From Lachnospiraceae bacterium (GTDB lineage: Bacteria; Bacillota; Clostridia; Lachnospirales; Lachnospiraceae): 64,000 nt of DNA. Under the pieces are notes generated by a model. The model made no database searches. It worked only from the letters and a program-made list of their open reading frames with translations, and was not told the origin of the DNA. Both the position numbers and the translations under genes were made by a program. Numbering within the stretch: the stretch's first letter is position 1; every line of letters begins with the position of its first letter. Where the stretch lies: positions 107,440 to 171,439 of the forward strand of contig JAFQVJ010000068.1 of assembly GCA_017408025.1 (NCBI GenBank). Direction: 5' to 3'. Positions 34,676 through 43,519 of the stretch are shown here, piece after piece.

Positions 34676-36472
34676 TTAAAAAGGCAAAATAATATTATGT
34701 TTTGTACACAAATTTCTAATTCTGCTAATTGAAGCTTTATTCTTATATAACTCGGCTATAACATAGGCATATTTAAGGTTTTCTTCACATTTCATTTTTT
34801 CTTCCATGCTGATGTTTTCTTTTTTTTCTAAAATATTCCACGCAATATCATATGATAAACTTCTAATATGCAACAACATATCTATTTTTACCGATGCACA
34901 AATACATATATGCAGTAAACTGTTAGCGTCGTTAACATTTCCCATCTCACCTAATATATCTCCATGCATATTATTAATATTCAAATACATAAATCCATTT
35001 TTGTGTATCATCTTTTCGTTGTATATATCTGCAAGTGCACTTAAATATTTTCTACATTCGTCGTAACTACTGTCGTATTTTTTACATATAATAATCTTAC
35101 GCAATAAGTTCCATTCGTTATAAAAAAGAATTACGCCTTCCTTTTTCAGTTTATTTATGTCTACAATGCTCTCATTCAATATTTCCTTTAACTTATTTAA
35201 ATATATTATAACATTATCTTGAACATTGTCATATTCAAACATAGTTGCACATATAAATTGTCTACTATTTACACTTTCTAGCTTATATTCAGCTTGAATT
35301 TCTTCTAAAATACTTGTAATTTTATAATGTTCCTCCCTATTGCATGAATCTCGTATCTCATTTATCTTTTCAAACGCCTTATAATCATATGTGTCAATTC
35401 TTGCCACATACTTATCTCCAGACAGTTTCACTCTCTGCAACAGCTTTTCCTTTTTTTCCTTTTGAAGACTTCTTCTATTATTCTCCATCTGTGAAACAGT
35501 GCTAATATCACATATACCAAAAGCTAATTCTGCTTGAGTTATCCCTAACATTTTTCTGCGCTGACTTATTATTTCATTGACATTATAAGCATCTATCTCC
35601 TCATACCTAGGAAAAAACTCTTCTACACTTCGAACTCCATACTGCATTTTAAACTCATTAAGCACAGCTATATACTTTTTTTCCACTGACATATCTTCGC
35701 CTTTACGCTCAAGACAAGTGATTATTCCCTCCTTAAGCTCTGTTAAAAACATAATAAAATCACCATTTAAAGTATATTCATATGTCTTTTCAGCTATTTC
35801 CAATGCCGCATCATACATTTCATGTCTCAGATAATATTTCATACTCCAATATCCCACATGTCGATAAAGCAATTCCCTTTCAGACCGGTCATACCTGGTA
35901 TCTTCCAATACATCCAATATATCCTTATATAATTTTATTGCTTGCTCTTCTTCTCCAGACAACTCCATATATCTTACGTATTGCTGTATGAGCAACATTT
36001 CCATACGACTTAAGTAATATTCATTAAGCTTATCTATATCAAATTTAGAACGAGTAATCTTTAAACCGGTCATTATCATATCCATACAAGAACTTATATT
36101 TTCACCTGTTCTATGCATAATTTCACATTCCACCAGACACAAATACTGTTCTTCTAACCTGCTGTGTCCGTTTTTTCTATACTCATCTATCTTACTTTTG
36201 GCCTCGTTATAATTCCCCTCATCTATAGTATCATATATCTCCCATCTCTTTTCCAACCTTTCATACTCATCAACATCTAACAGCATCTCAAAGCGCCCAC
36301 TATACTTTCCCAATCTTTGATATAGACTTTCAAATAGCAGCTTGTCCGCATCTCTTTTGTTGTTCTCAATATGAGTCAAATATCCTACAGAGCATAAGCC
36401 CTCTGACAAGGTTTTCCTACTTATTCCAAGACTTTCTCTTATATTCCATAGTAGTTTTCCTGTGTATAACAT
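34676..36472 (-). CDS. Tandem (duplicated) XRE-HTH / TPR-like transcriptional regulator, RRNPP-like
   Basis: Two HTH segments: LWNIRESLGISRKTLSEGLCSVGYLTHIENNKR near the N-terminus and QRRKMLGITQAELAFGICDISTVSQMENNRR around residue 310. Each is followed by about 230 aa of helical repeats. ATG at 36472 is preceded by AAAGGTGA. Confidence 0.78.
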   Translation of the reverse strand: MLYTGKLLWNIRESLGISRKTLSEGLCSVGYLTHIENNKRDADKLLFESLYQRLGKYSGRFEMLLDVDEYERLEKRWEIYDTIDEGNYNEAKSKIDEYRKNGHSRLEEQYLCLVECEIMHRTGENISSCMDMIMTGLKITRSKFDIDKLNEYYLSRMEMLLIQQYVRYMELSGEEEQAIKLYKDILDVLEDTRYDRSERELLYRHVGYWSMKYYLRHEMYDAALEIAEKTYEYTLNGDFIMFLTELKEGIITCLERKGEDMSVEKKYIAVLNEFKMQYGVRSVEEFFPRYEEIDAYNVNEIISQRRKMLGITQAELAFGICDISTVSQMENNRRSLQKEKKEKLLQRVKLSGDKYVARIDTYDYKAFEKINEIRDSCNREEHYKITSILEEIQAEYKLESVNSRQFICATMFEYDNVQDNVIIYLNKLKEILNESIVDINKLKKEGVILFYNEWNLLRKIIICKKYDSSYDECRKYLSALADIYNEKMIHKNGFMYLNINNMHGDILGEMGNVNDANSLLHICICASVKIDMLLHIRSLSYDIAWNILEKKENISMEEKMKCEENLKYAYVIAELYKNKASISRIRNLCTKHNIILPF

Positions 36473-36519
36473 ATAATCACCTTTTCTTCCAATTTTACAC
36501 ATTTTCAGTATTTTGTATA

Positions 36520-37263
36520 CTATCTATGTATAGCATAAGTTGTCACGCCATCCACCGTTGCCATATTAGCATAATCTTTAAATATCTTCCAAAAGCCCTG
36601 ACGGCTCATTTTTCTGCCAAAACGATTTAAAAATAATTCACCTGTATCCTCGCCCTTTATATAGCTGCCCCTTGCCCTTCCTATATATTTATCTAATGCG
36701 CATAATGTATCCTTGCTAAAGCGTATGGTTTTATCTTTTTTTCTGCCATGACATGTCACATATGCATATTGGAGGTTTACATCCTCGGTCTTTAATTCTA
36801 TGATTTCACTTACTTTTATACCTGTATCTATCATCAGCTTGAGCATAGCCCTGTCTCTAAGTTCTTTATTTCCATCTCCTGATATCTGATTCAGGATTTT
36901 ATTCATATTCTCATCAGATATTGCCTCTGTCTTCTTTCTGTCATTTTGAGGTATCTGGAGATTTTCTGTAGGTTCCCTCTTCACTGCACCGTTGTTAATC
37001 ATACATCTAAAAAACGTTTTAATAGCTGACGCATTTCTCGCAATAGTAGCTGCAGATTTTCCCAATCGTTCCATATATAAAATATATGAATTAATATTTG
37101 TTCCATTTATCTTACTGACATCTTCTATTCCCTGTTCCATAAAATACTTTGCCATAGCATTCAAATCACGCTTATATGACTGCAAAGTATTATCCGAAGC
37201 ATTTTTCACCTTTTTCATATACTCCATAAAAAAATCTATATTGACTACAATATTATTATCCAT
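36520..37263 (-). CDS. XerD-like tyrosine-recombinase homolog, short and active-site degenerate
   Basis: N-terminal SAM-like domain (TLQSYKRDLNAMAKYF), then RDRAMLKLMIDTGIKVSEI with Lys in place of the first catalytic Arg. The protein ends at ...TTYAIHR, before the His/Tyr box. Confidence 0.72.
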   Translation of the reverse strand: MDNNIVVNIDFFMEYMKKVKNASDNTLQSYKRDLNAMAKYFMEQGIEDVSKINGTNINSYILYMERLGKSAATIARNASAIKTFFRCMINNGAVKREPTENLQIPQNDRKKTEAISDENMNKILNQISGDGNKELRDRAMLKLMIDTGIKVSEIIELKTEDVNLQYAYVTCHGRKKDKTIRFSKDTLCALDKYIGRARGSYIKGEDTGELFLNRFGRKMSRQGFWKIFKDYANMATVDGVTTYAIHR

Positions 37264-37355
37264 CGTTTCTTTCCATCCCTATCTTAGCCTTTGTTTAAGT
37301 TTACATAATTTATAAATTTTAGTATAGCACTCCTATATATTTATTGTAAATCATT

Positions 37356-37973
37356 TTATGAAAATACCATTCTTATTATAGAATAATTTAAATAAGCTTC
37401 TAAAAACGAAGTGCCAATTATCAAACCCGCAAGTATTACTATCGCTCTTAATTTGAAGCTTCCTTTTGTCTTTTCTTTAATTTTTTCGGCAATCTGTATA
37501 CTGACATACATTTCCAAAACAAAAAGTGGTACATATAAAAGATAATGAGGAAATATTGAAATTGTATATAAGCATATTCCACCTGCCCCATATGTAAGAG
37601 TTGCTGAGGATATGAGCATAGCCATAACAATTCCTTTATACATACAATAAAGATAATCAAATATTTTCCAAAGTGGTGTCATATTTAAAAACACTATAAA
37701 CAGACACTCATATCCATATTTTTTTATACAATATATAAAGAAGGATGACTTATTCACATTATCCCCATACATATTTACGCCATTTACAAAATATTCACTG
37801 TATACTCCCAGCTCGCCTGCATATCTCCCAAAAAAGAAATTCAACAGAATAGTTCCCAAAACTATTCCACCAATAAAACACAAAAACAGACGATGACTCA
37901 TATTTAGATTCATCGCCTGCATATCAATTTGTGGTATTCCTTTTCTTATTTTTCTGATAAATGTACCCATCAA
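37356..37973 (-). CDS. spoIIM: Stage II sporulation protein M
   Basis: About 200-aa, 5-TM protein adjacent to a xerD homolog, as in the B. subtilis spoIIM-fur-ripX region. The hydrophobic profile is SpoIIM-like. Confidence 0.75.
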   Translation of the reverse strand: MMGTFIRKIRKGIPQIDMQAMNLNMSHRLFLCFIGGIVLGTILLNFFFGRYAGELGVYSEYFVNGVNMYGDNVNKSSFFIYCIKKYGYECLFIVFLNMTPLWKIFDYLYCMYKGIVMAMLISSATLTYGAGGICLYTISIFPHYLLYVPLFVLEMYVSIQIAEKIKEKTKGSFKLRAIVILAGLIIGTSFLEAYLNYSIIRMVFS

Positions 37974-38042
37974 ATCATTCCCCTTCTCATATATTTGTAT
38001 TTTATCTTATACGACACCAATACGTTACTTGGATGTCCTTAC

Positions 38043-38070
38043 AATATATGCAAAAGGCAAAAATATATGA
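38043..38070 (-). promoter_or_regulatory. Sigma-E-type promoter of spoIIM
   Basis: Minus strand TCATATA-N13-CATATATT. spoIIM is sigma-E dependent in B. subtilis. Confidence 0.5.
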
Positions 38071-38081
38071 TTTGAAAAAAT

Positions 38082-38618
38082 TCATCTTCCAAACTTATTG
38101 TAGTATGCCATTATAGATGCAACCGTCTTTGCATCAAGTATCTCTGTATTATATACCTTTTCTACCAATTCTTCTATGGCGTATTCCTCCACATCCACAT
38201 ACTCCCCTTCATCAAGATTCTGCTTTGATTTTTGTAGATTCCTCGCCACATAGATTTCTATCTTTTCATTACAAAATGCTATGGTAGTATTGATAGTAAT
38301 AAGATGTTCCAGCTCATCAGACTTATATCCAGTTTCCTCTTCCAATTCTCTTGCTGCACAGACAATACCAGGCTCATCTACACCATTTAAGCCTCCAGCT
38401 GGTATCTCAAGGGTAAATCTATCAAGAGCGTTTCTGTACTGTCTGACCATAACTATCTTTCCCTCATCAGTTACAGGCATAACAGCAGCTGCACCTTTAT
38501 GACCAATAAAGTCATAATCCTGAATATGGCCATCTTGGTCCTGTACCTTATCTCTGTACAAGTCGATAATGGCACCTTTATATACAAGTTCTCTGCTAAG
38601 TCTTTTTAAAGGTTTCAT
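38082..38618 (-). CDS. NUDIX hydrolase (ADP-ribose pyrophosphatase-like)
   Basis: Nudix box GGLNGVDEPGIVCAARELEEETGY. Confidence 0.85.
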   Translation of the reverse strand: MKPLKRLSRELVYKGAIIDLYRDKVQDQDGHIQDYDFIGHKGAAAVMPVTDEGKIVMVRQYRNALDRFTLEIPAGGLNGVDEPGIVCAARELEEETGYKSDELEHLITINTTIAFCNEKIEIYVARNLQKSKQNLDEGEYVDVEEYAIEELVEKVYNTEILDAKTVASIMAYYNKFGR

Positions 38619-38661
38619 AAAGCCTCCATTTCATCATCTATAATATCACACGCTTAAACTC

Positions 38662-39465
38662 TTACTTTCTACCGAAGCCTTCTGCCACATCATAACAAGC
38701 ATCAACTGCCTTGATAATACTGTTTCTAAATCCATGCTCTTCAAGTGCTGCAACGCCTGCTATAGTTGTTCCTCCCGGTGAACACACCTGATCTTTAAGC
38801 TTTCCTGGATGATCCTTAGTTTCAAGTACCATCTTTGCAGCTCCCACAACTGTCTGTGCTGCCATCTCATATGCTGCATCTCTTGGCATACCATGCTTTA
38901 CGGCACCATCTGCCAATGCTTCTATGAACATATATACATAAGCCGGCGAGCTTCCACTTACACACGTAACTGCACTCATAAGTCTCTCATCTACAAGCTT
39001 GTATTTACCAAATGAAGAAAACAGCTTTCCTATAACATCCTTCTCCTCAAAGCTAAGTGCTGTCTGATCATAGCAAATACCTGTCATACCTTCTCCTAAA
39101 AGTGCTGGTGTATTTGGCATAGCTCTCACAATTCTGGCATCAAATCCCAGTGCATCCTTAAGAGAATTCACACTGATACCTGGTGCTATAGAAATGATAA
39201 CATTATCCTTCTTTACTATATTTTCGATATTTTTGATAACCTGTGCGTAAAACTGTGGCTTAATGGCAAGCACGATAAACTTAGCCGTATTTGCAAGCTC
39301 TGCATTTGTCTCAACGTATTTTACGCCAGTTGTCTCCGATACTGACTTCATTCTATCGCTATTTACATCTGTAAACACTAAATCATCCTTATTAAAGACA
39401 CCAAGTGCCCCCTTTAACATGGCATATCCCATGTTTCCCATTCCTATAAATCCTATCTTTGCCAT
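38662..39465 (-). CDS. proC: Pyrroline-5-carboxylate reductase
   Basis: IGFIGMGNMGYAM Rossmann N-terminus and the C-terminal SPGGTTIAGV motif. Confidence 0.92.
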   Translation of the reverse strand: MAKIGFIGMGNMGYAMLKGALGVFNKDDLVFTDVNSDRMKSVSETTGVKYVETNAELANTAKFIVLAIKPQFYAQVIKNIENIVKKDNVIISIAPGISVNSLKDALGFDARIVRAMPNTPALLGEGMTGICYDQTALSFEEKDVIGKLFSSFGKYKLVDERLMSAVTCVSGSSPAYVYMFIEALADGAVKHGMPRDAAYEMAAQTVVGAAKMVLETKDHPGKLKDQVCSPGGTTIAGVAALEEHGFRNSIIKAVDACYDVAEGFGRK

Positions 39466-39520
39466 CTCTTAAATTCTCCTCTCGTGTTTTATGACGAATG
39501 CTCATCTTATTTTTTGTTAG

Positions 39521-39620
39521 CCGTGCACGTTCAGCTTTAGCTGACATTTTCTTCTCGTGCGAGGTCTCATCATTATTTTATCATATAGGGAAGTTAAAAG
39601 AACTTTCCTATATGATAAAA
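39521..39620 (-). repeat. Modular intergenic repeat, copy B (degenerate module M plus hairpin H)
   Basis: Hairpin TTTTATCATATAGGGAAGTT/AACTTTCCTATATGATAAAA (39576-39620), plus a degenerate ...TCGCAC..GAAAATGTCAGCTAAAGCTGA... segment. Confidence 0.55.
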
Positions 39621-39646
39621 TAGAGTTCCGCAAGCGGAACTCTATC
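39617..39646 (-). terminator. Intrinsic terminator of the aminotransferase gene
   Basis: Minus strand AGAGUUCCGC-UU-GCGGAACUCU followed by AUUUUAU. Confidence 0.6.
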
Positions 39647-39657
39647 AATATTTACAT

Positions 39658-40857
39658 TTACTGTAATTCTCCAAGGAACTGTTCAATTCTTGTGACTCCC
39701 TTGTCAATCTGCTCTATAGAGATTGCATACGAAAGACGGATGTGATCCTCAAAACCAAAATCAGCACATGGAACAACTGCGACATTGTAATCCTCGATAA
39801 GAATTCTTGCAAACTCAGCTGCTGTCTCAAGCTTTTTGCCCTTGTATGACTTATTAAGTGCCTCGCTTACATCTACAAATACATAAAATGCACCTTCTGG
39901 CTCAAGTGTTGATACATATGGCATCTTTGTAAATCTTTCATACATATACTGTCTTCTCTTATCAAACTCACCGAGCATCATCTTAACTGTAGACTGATCT
40001 CCATTTAAAGCCTCAACAGCGGCTTTCCGAGCTATAGAGTTAGGGTTTGATGTCTGGTGGCTCTGAACGCTACCCATAAGCTTTGCAATTTCCTCTGAAG
40101 AACCTGTGTAACCAATTCTCCAACCAGTCATTGCATAGCTTTTGGCAAGACCACTGACTGTGATTGTTCTCTTATAGATTTCTTCATTAAATGAAGCTAT
40201 ACTTACATGCTTCTTTCCATTATATACAAGGTACTCATACATTTCATCAGCAACAACATAAATATCATGCTTAACTGCATAGTCGGCGATTGCTCTAAGC
40301 TCTTCCTCTGTATAAATCATACCTGTTGGGTTGCTAGGTGTATTTAATACAAGAGCCTTTGTCTTATCTGTTGTAACAGATTCAAGCATTTCTACATTAA
40401 CCTTATAACCTGTAGACTTATCACCTCTTACAAATACAGGCACACCATCTGCAAGCTTAACGATTTCTGGATAGCTTAACCAATATGGAGCTGGAATGAT
40501 AACCTCATCGCCTGGATTTAAAATTACAGAAAATACATTTGTTAATGAATGCTTTCCACCATTGCTGATAACAATCTGTGAAGGCTTATAGTCAAGACCA
40601 TTGAACTCCTTAAACTTCTTAGAGATAGCTTCCTTAAGCTCTACAATGCCAGCAGCTGGAGTGTACTTTGTAAAACCACTATTGATAGCTTCAATAGCTG
40701 CATTACAAATATTTTCTGGTGTATTGAAGTCAGGCTCACCCGCTCCAAATCCAACTACATCGATTCCCTGTGCCTTAAGTTCTTTAGCCCTTGCTGTAAT
40801 AGCCAATGTTGATGAAGGCTTTACTGCCATAGCTTTCTTAGATAATGTTAATGCCAT
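39658..40857 (-). CDS. Aspartate/aromatic aminotransferase (PLP-dependent, class I)
   Basis: MALTLSKKAMAVKPSSTLAITARAKELKAQGIDVVGFGAGEPDF and the SGLAKSYAMTGWRIGY Lys motif. ATG at 40857 lies 8 nt after AAGGTGG. Confidence 0.9.
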   Translation of the reverse strand: MALTLSKKAMAVKPSSTLAITARAKELKAQGIDVVGFGAGEPDFNTPENICNAAIEAINSGFTKYTPAAGIVELKEAISKKFKEFNGLDYKPSQIVISNGGKHSLTNVFSVILNPGDEVIIPAPYWLSYPEIVKLADGVPVFVRGDKSTGYKVNVEMLESVTTDKTKALVLNTPSNPTGMIYTEEELRAIADYAVKHDIYVVADEMYEYLVYNGKKHVSIASFNEEIYKRTITVSGLAKSYAMTGWRIGYTGSSEEIAKLMGSVQSHQTSNPNSIARKAAVEALNGDQSTVKMMLGEFDKRRQYMYERFTKMPYVSTLEPEGAFYVFVDVSEALNKSYKGKKLETAAEFARILIEDYNVAVVPCADFGFEDHIRLSYAISIEQIDKGVTRIEQFLGELQ

Positions 40858-40982
40858 AATTCGTACCACCTTAATTTCTAAATTTAATTGAAATACCGAC
40901 ACATCTGTCGTTTATGTACCCAAATCGGATATATTATATTACAACAACGTGATAAAGTCTATAAATTTTTTATTTTTTTATG

Positions 40983-41140
40983 AAGAACTTTCCTATTAAA
41001 TAAAAAAGAATCTTGCTTGCAAGATTCTCCGCCTACGGCGGGGCGCTTTAGCGACATCTTCCTATCCGCCGTAGTGCGATCCTTTGCGGAGCATTTTTGT
41101 TGTATAGGAAAGTTTCGAGAACTTTCCTATACAACAAAAA
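40983..41140 (-). repeat. Modular intergenic repeat, copy C (half H, module M, full hairpin H)
   Basis: 41008-41082 is the reverse complement of 30260-30335 with only a handful of mismatches. The perfect 21-bp hairpin TTTTTGTTGTATAGGAAAGTT-TCGAG-AACTTTCCTATACAACAAAAA lies at 41094-41140. Confidence 0.75.
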
Positions 41141-41162
41141 AGTAGTCAGGCAATGCCTGACC
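41136..41162 (-). terminator. Intrinsic terminator of rny
   Basis: Minus strand GUCAGGCAUUGCCUGAC hairpin followed by UACUUUUUUG. Confidence 0.65.
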
Positions 41163-41195
41163 ACTTAAAGCTAACTGGAATATATCCGTATTAAA

Positions 41196-42737
41196 TTACT
41201 TTGCGTAATCTATAACTCTGCTTTCACGAATTACATTTACTTTAATCTGACCTGGATATTCAAGCTCATCTTCAATCTGCTTTGAAATATCCCTGGCAAG
41301 TAATACCATATCTGCATCATTTAACTGCTCAGGTATTACCATAATACGAACCTCTCTACCTGCCTGAATTGCAAAAGATTTATCAACACCCTTGTAAGAG
41401 TTGGTAATATCTTCTAACTGTTTTAATCTGTTGGTATATGTTTCTAAAGTTTCTCTTCTGGCACCTGGTCTTGCTGCTGAAATCGCATCGGCTGCCTGAA
41501 CTATGCAAGCAATCAATGATTCAGGTTCAACATCACCGTGATGTGCCTCTACTGCATTGATAATAAGTGCTGATTCCTTGTACTTTCTACAAAGATCTAC
41601 ACCAATCTGAATATGTGAGCCTTCAACCTCATGGTCAACTGACTTGCCGATATCATGCAGTAAACCTGCACGCTTCGCCTGTCTTATGTCAACACCGATT
41701 TCTCCTGCCAGCAATCCTGACAAATGAGCCACCTCGATAGAATGCTTTAATGCATTCTGACCATAGCTTGATCTGAACTTCATCTTACCAAGTAATCTTA
41801 CAAGTTCAGGATGGATTCCGTGAACACCAACCTCAAGTGTTGCCGATTCACCTTCCTCACGCATCATAGTCTCAACTTCTTTTTGAGCTTTTTCAACCAT
41901 CTCTTCGATTCTAGCTGGATGAATTCTTCCATCTACAATCAATTTCTCAAGTGCGATTCTCGCAACTTCTCTTCTGATTGGATCAAAGCTTGATAAGATA
42001 ACTGCTTCAGGTGTATCATCAATAATCAAATCAACGCCTGTCATTGTCTCGAGAGTTCTAATATTTCTACCCTCACGACCAATGATTCTACCCTTCATCT
42101 CATCATTTGGAAGCTGTACAACTGAAATAGTTGCTTCAGACACATGGTCAGCTGCACATTTCTGTATAGCATTTACAATGTATTCCTTTGCTTTCTTTCC
42201 AGCTTCTTCCTTAGCCTTTGTCTCAAGCTCTTTAATTAATTTTGCAGTATCATGTTTAACTTCATCTTCAACAGTTTGTAATAGAATTTCTTTTGCCTGT
42301 TCGGAGGTAAGTCCTGAGATTCTTTCCAGTTCCTGCGTTCTTTGCTCATTAAGCTTCTCAACTTCTGCCTTAGTTTTAGCAAGTTGTTCTTCCTTCTTAA
42401 CAAGTGCGCCTTCCTTCTTCTCAAGCATGTCCGCTTTCTTATCAACAGCTTCTTCCTTTGATAATACTCTCTTCTCATACTTCTGTAATTCTGCTCTACG
42501 CTCTTTTGTCTCTTTTTCAAGTTCATTCTTAGTCTTTAATGACTCTTCCTTAACCTCTAAGAGAGCTTCTTTCTTTGTAGCTTCCGCAGACTTAACAGCT
42601 TCATCTATGATTTCTCTTGCCTGAGATTCAGCGCTACCTATCTTGGACTCAACAACTTTTTTGCGATATGTAATAGCCGCAACCCATGTTATAACTACAG
42701 CTACAACAATCAACACTATCCACAAAATTGTGTCCAC
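41196..42737 (-). CDS. rny: Ribonuclease Y
   Basis: N-terminal TM helix, coiled coil, KH domain ([12 protein letters not shown]) and HD domain (LLHDIGK). Confidence 0.96.
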   Translation of the reverse strand: MDTILWIVLIVVAVVITWVAAITYRKKVVESKIGSAESQAREIIDEAVKSAEATKKEALLEVKEESLKTKNELEKETKERRAELQKYEKRVLSKEEAVDKKADMLEKKEGALVKKEEQLAKTKAEVEKLNEQRTQELERISGLTSEQAKEILLQTVEDEVKHDTAKLIKELETKAKEEAGKKAKEYIVNAIQKCAADHVSEATISVVQLPNDEMKGRIIGREGRNIRTLETMTGVDLIIDDTPEAVILSSFDPIRREVARIALEKLIVDGRIHPARIEEMVEKAQKEVETMMREEGESATLEVGVHGIHPELVRLLGKMKFRSSYGQNALKHSIEVAHLSGLLAGEIGVDIRQAKRAGLLHDIGKSVDHEVEGSHIQIGVDLCRKYKESALIINAVEAHHGDVEPESLIACIVQAADAISAARPGARRETLETYTNRLKQLEDITNSYKGVDKSFAIQAGREVRIMVIPEQLNDADMVLLARDISKQIEDELEYPGQIKVNVIRESRVIDYAK

Positions 42738-42886
42738 AGGAGCACCTCCTTATTCTATTCTCATTGTACAAAGTACAACATATAAATTTTATACTTTTTC
42801 TCAAACAATGTCAAGTCTTGTATAGCATTTTTCGAGAATATAAATACAATATTTAGTATTTTTTTGACAAATCGCCTAAAAAAAGC

Positions 42887-43519
42887 TCAAGTAGTTGTTT
42901 CCTCCATCACTTTTCTTAAAATGCTTTTGACCTGCTCATATTTAAAACCTTTTCTCAAAAGAGCCATCAGAATCTTATTGTACTGTTTTTCATCAACAAC
43001 ATCCTTTACTTTTTTCCTACAATACTCTTCTATTAATCCTTCCTCTATATCATCATCTTCTTGTATATTTTCCAGAAATACATCATCTATAATTACTTTT
43101 TCAATTCCCTTTAGACTTAAATCATTTTTCATACGCTGTATACTTTTTCGTTTTTTATTATAAGAAAGATAATTCTCAGCATATCTATAGTCGTCAAGAT
43201 ATCCATATTTTTCTAAAAATTCTATGATTTTATCTATAATATTTATCGGATAATAACCTTCTCTTAGCTTGGTGCGCACCTGGAATACAGTTTTATCAGA
43301 TGACTTCAAATAATATAAGGCTCGTTCTTTCCCTCTCTTATACAATATATCTTGTATCTCTGTAAAATGAACAAATGACAGCGTGTTCCCATCTTGTATA
43401 GAATACCTTCTTATTTCTGAAGGGTACAGAGACAGAATAACCGTCTCCGTACCCTCCAGAGTAACTTTGTATTTCTTTTTACCAAGAGGCAACACAGATA
43501 TAACTCTGTATTCCTCCAT
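42887..43519 (-). CDS. recX: Regulatory protein RecX
   Basis: RecX-like helical repeats (ERALYYLKSSDKTVFQVRTKL...YGYLDDYRYAENYL). Start overlaps the recA stop. Confidence 0.85.
   Translation of the reverse strand: MEEYRVISVLPLGKKKYKVTLEGTETVILSLYPSEIRRYSIQDGNTLSFVHFTEIQDILYKRGKERALYYLKSSDKTVFQVRTKLREGYYPINIIDKIIEFLEKYGYLDDYRYAENYLSYNKKRKSIQRMKNDLSLKGIEKVIIDDVFLENIQEDDDIEEGLIEEYCRKKVKDVVDEKQYNKILMALLRKGFKYEQVKSILRKVMEETTT

Noticed and set aside
36503-36522. Idea that the accessory block was inserted into xerD, leaving a fresh pseudogene
   Set aside because: No XerD 3' remnant is visible at either border of the block. The retained part already carries active-site substitutions (Arg to Lys, degenerate HxLRH). 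This points to an old non-catalytic XerD-like gene. It is kept as a finding with this caveat and not called a pseudogene.
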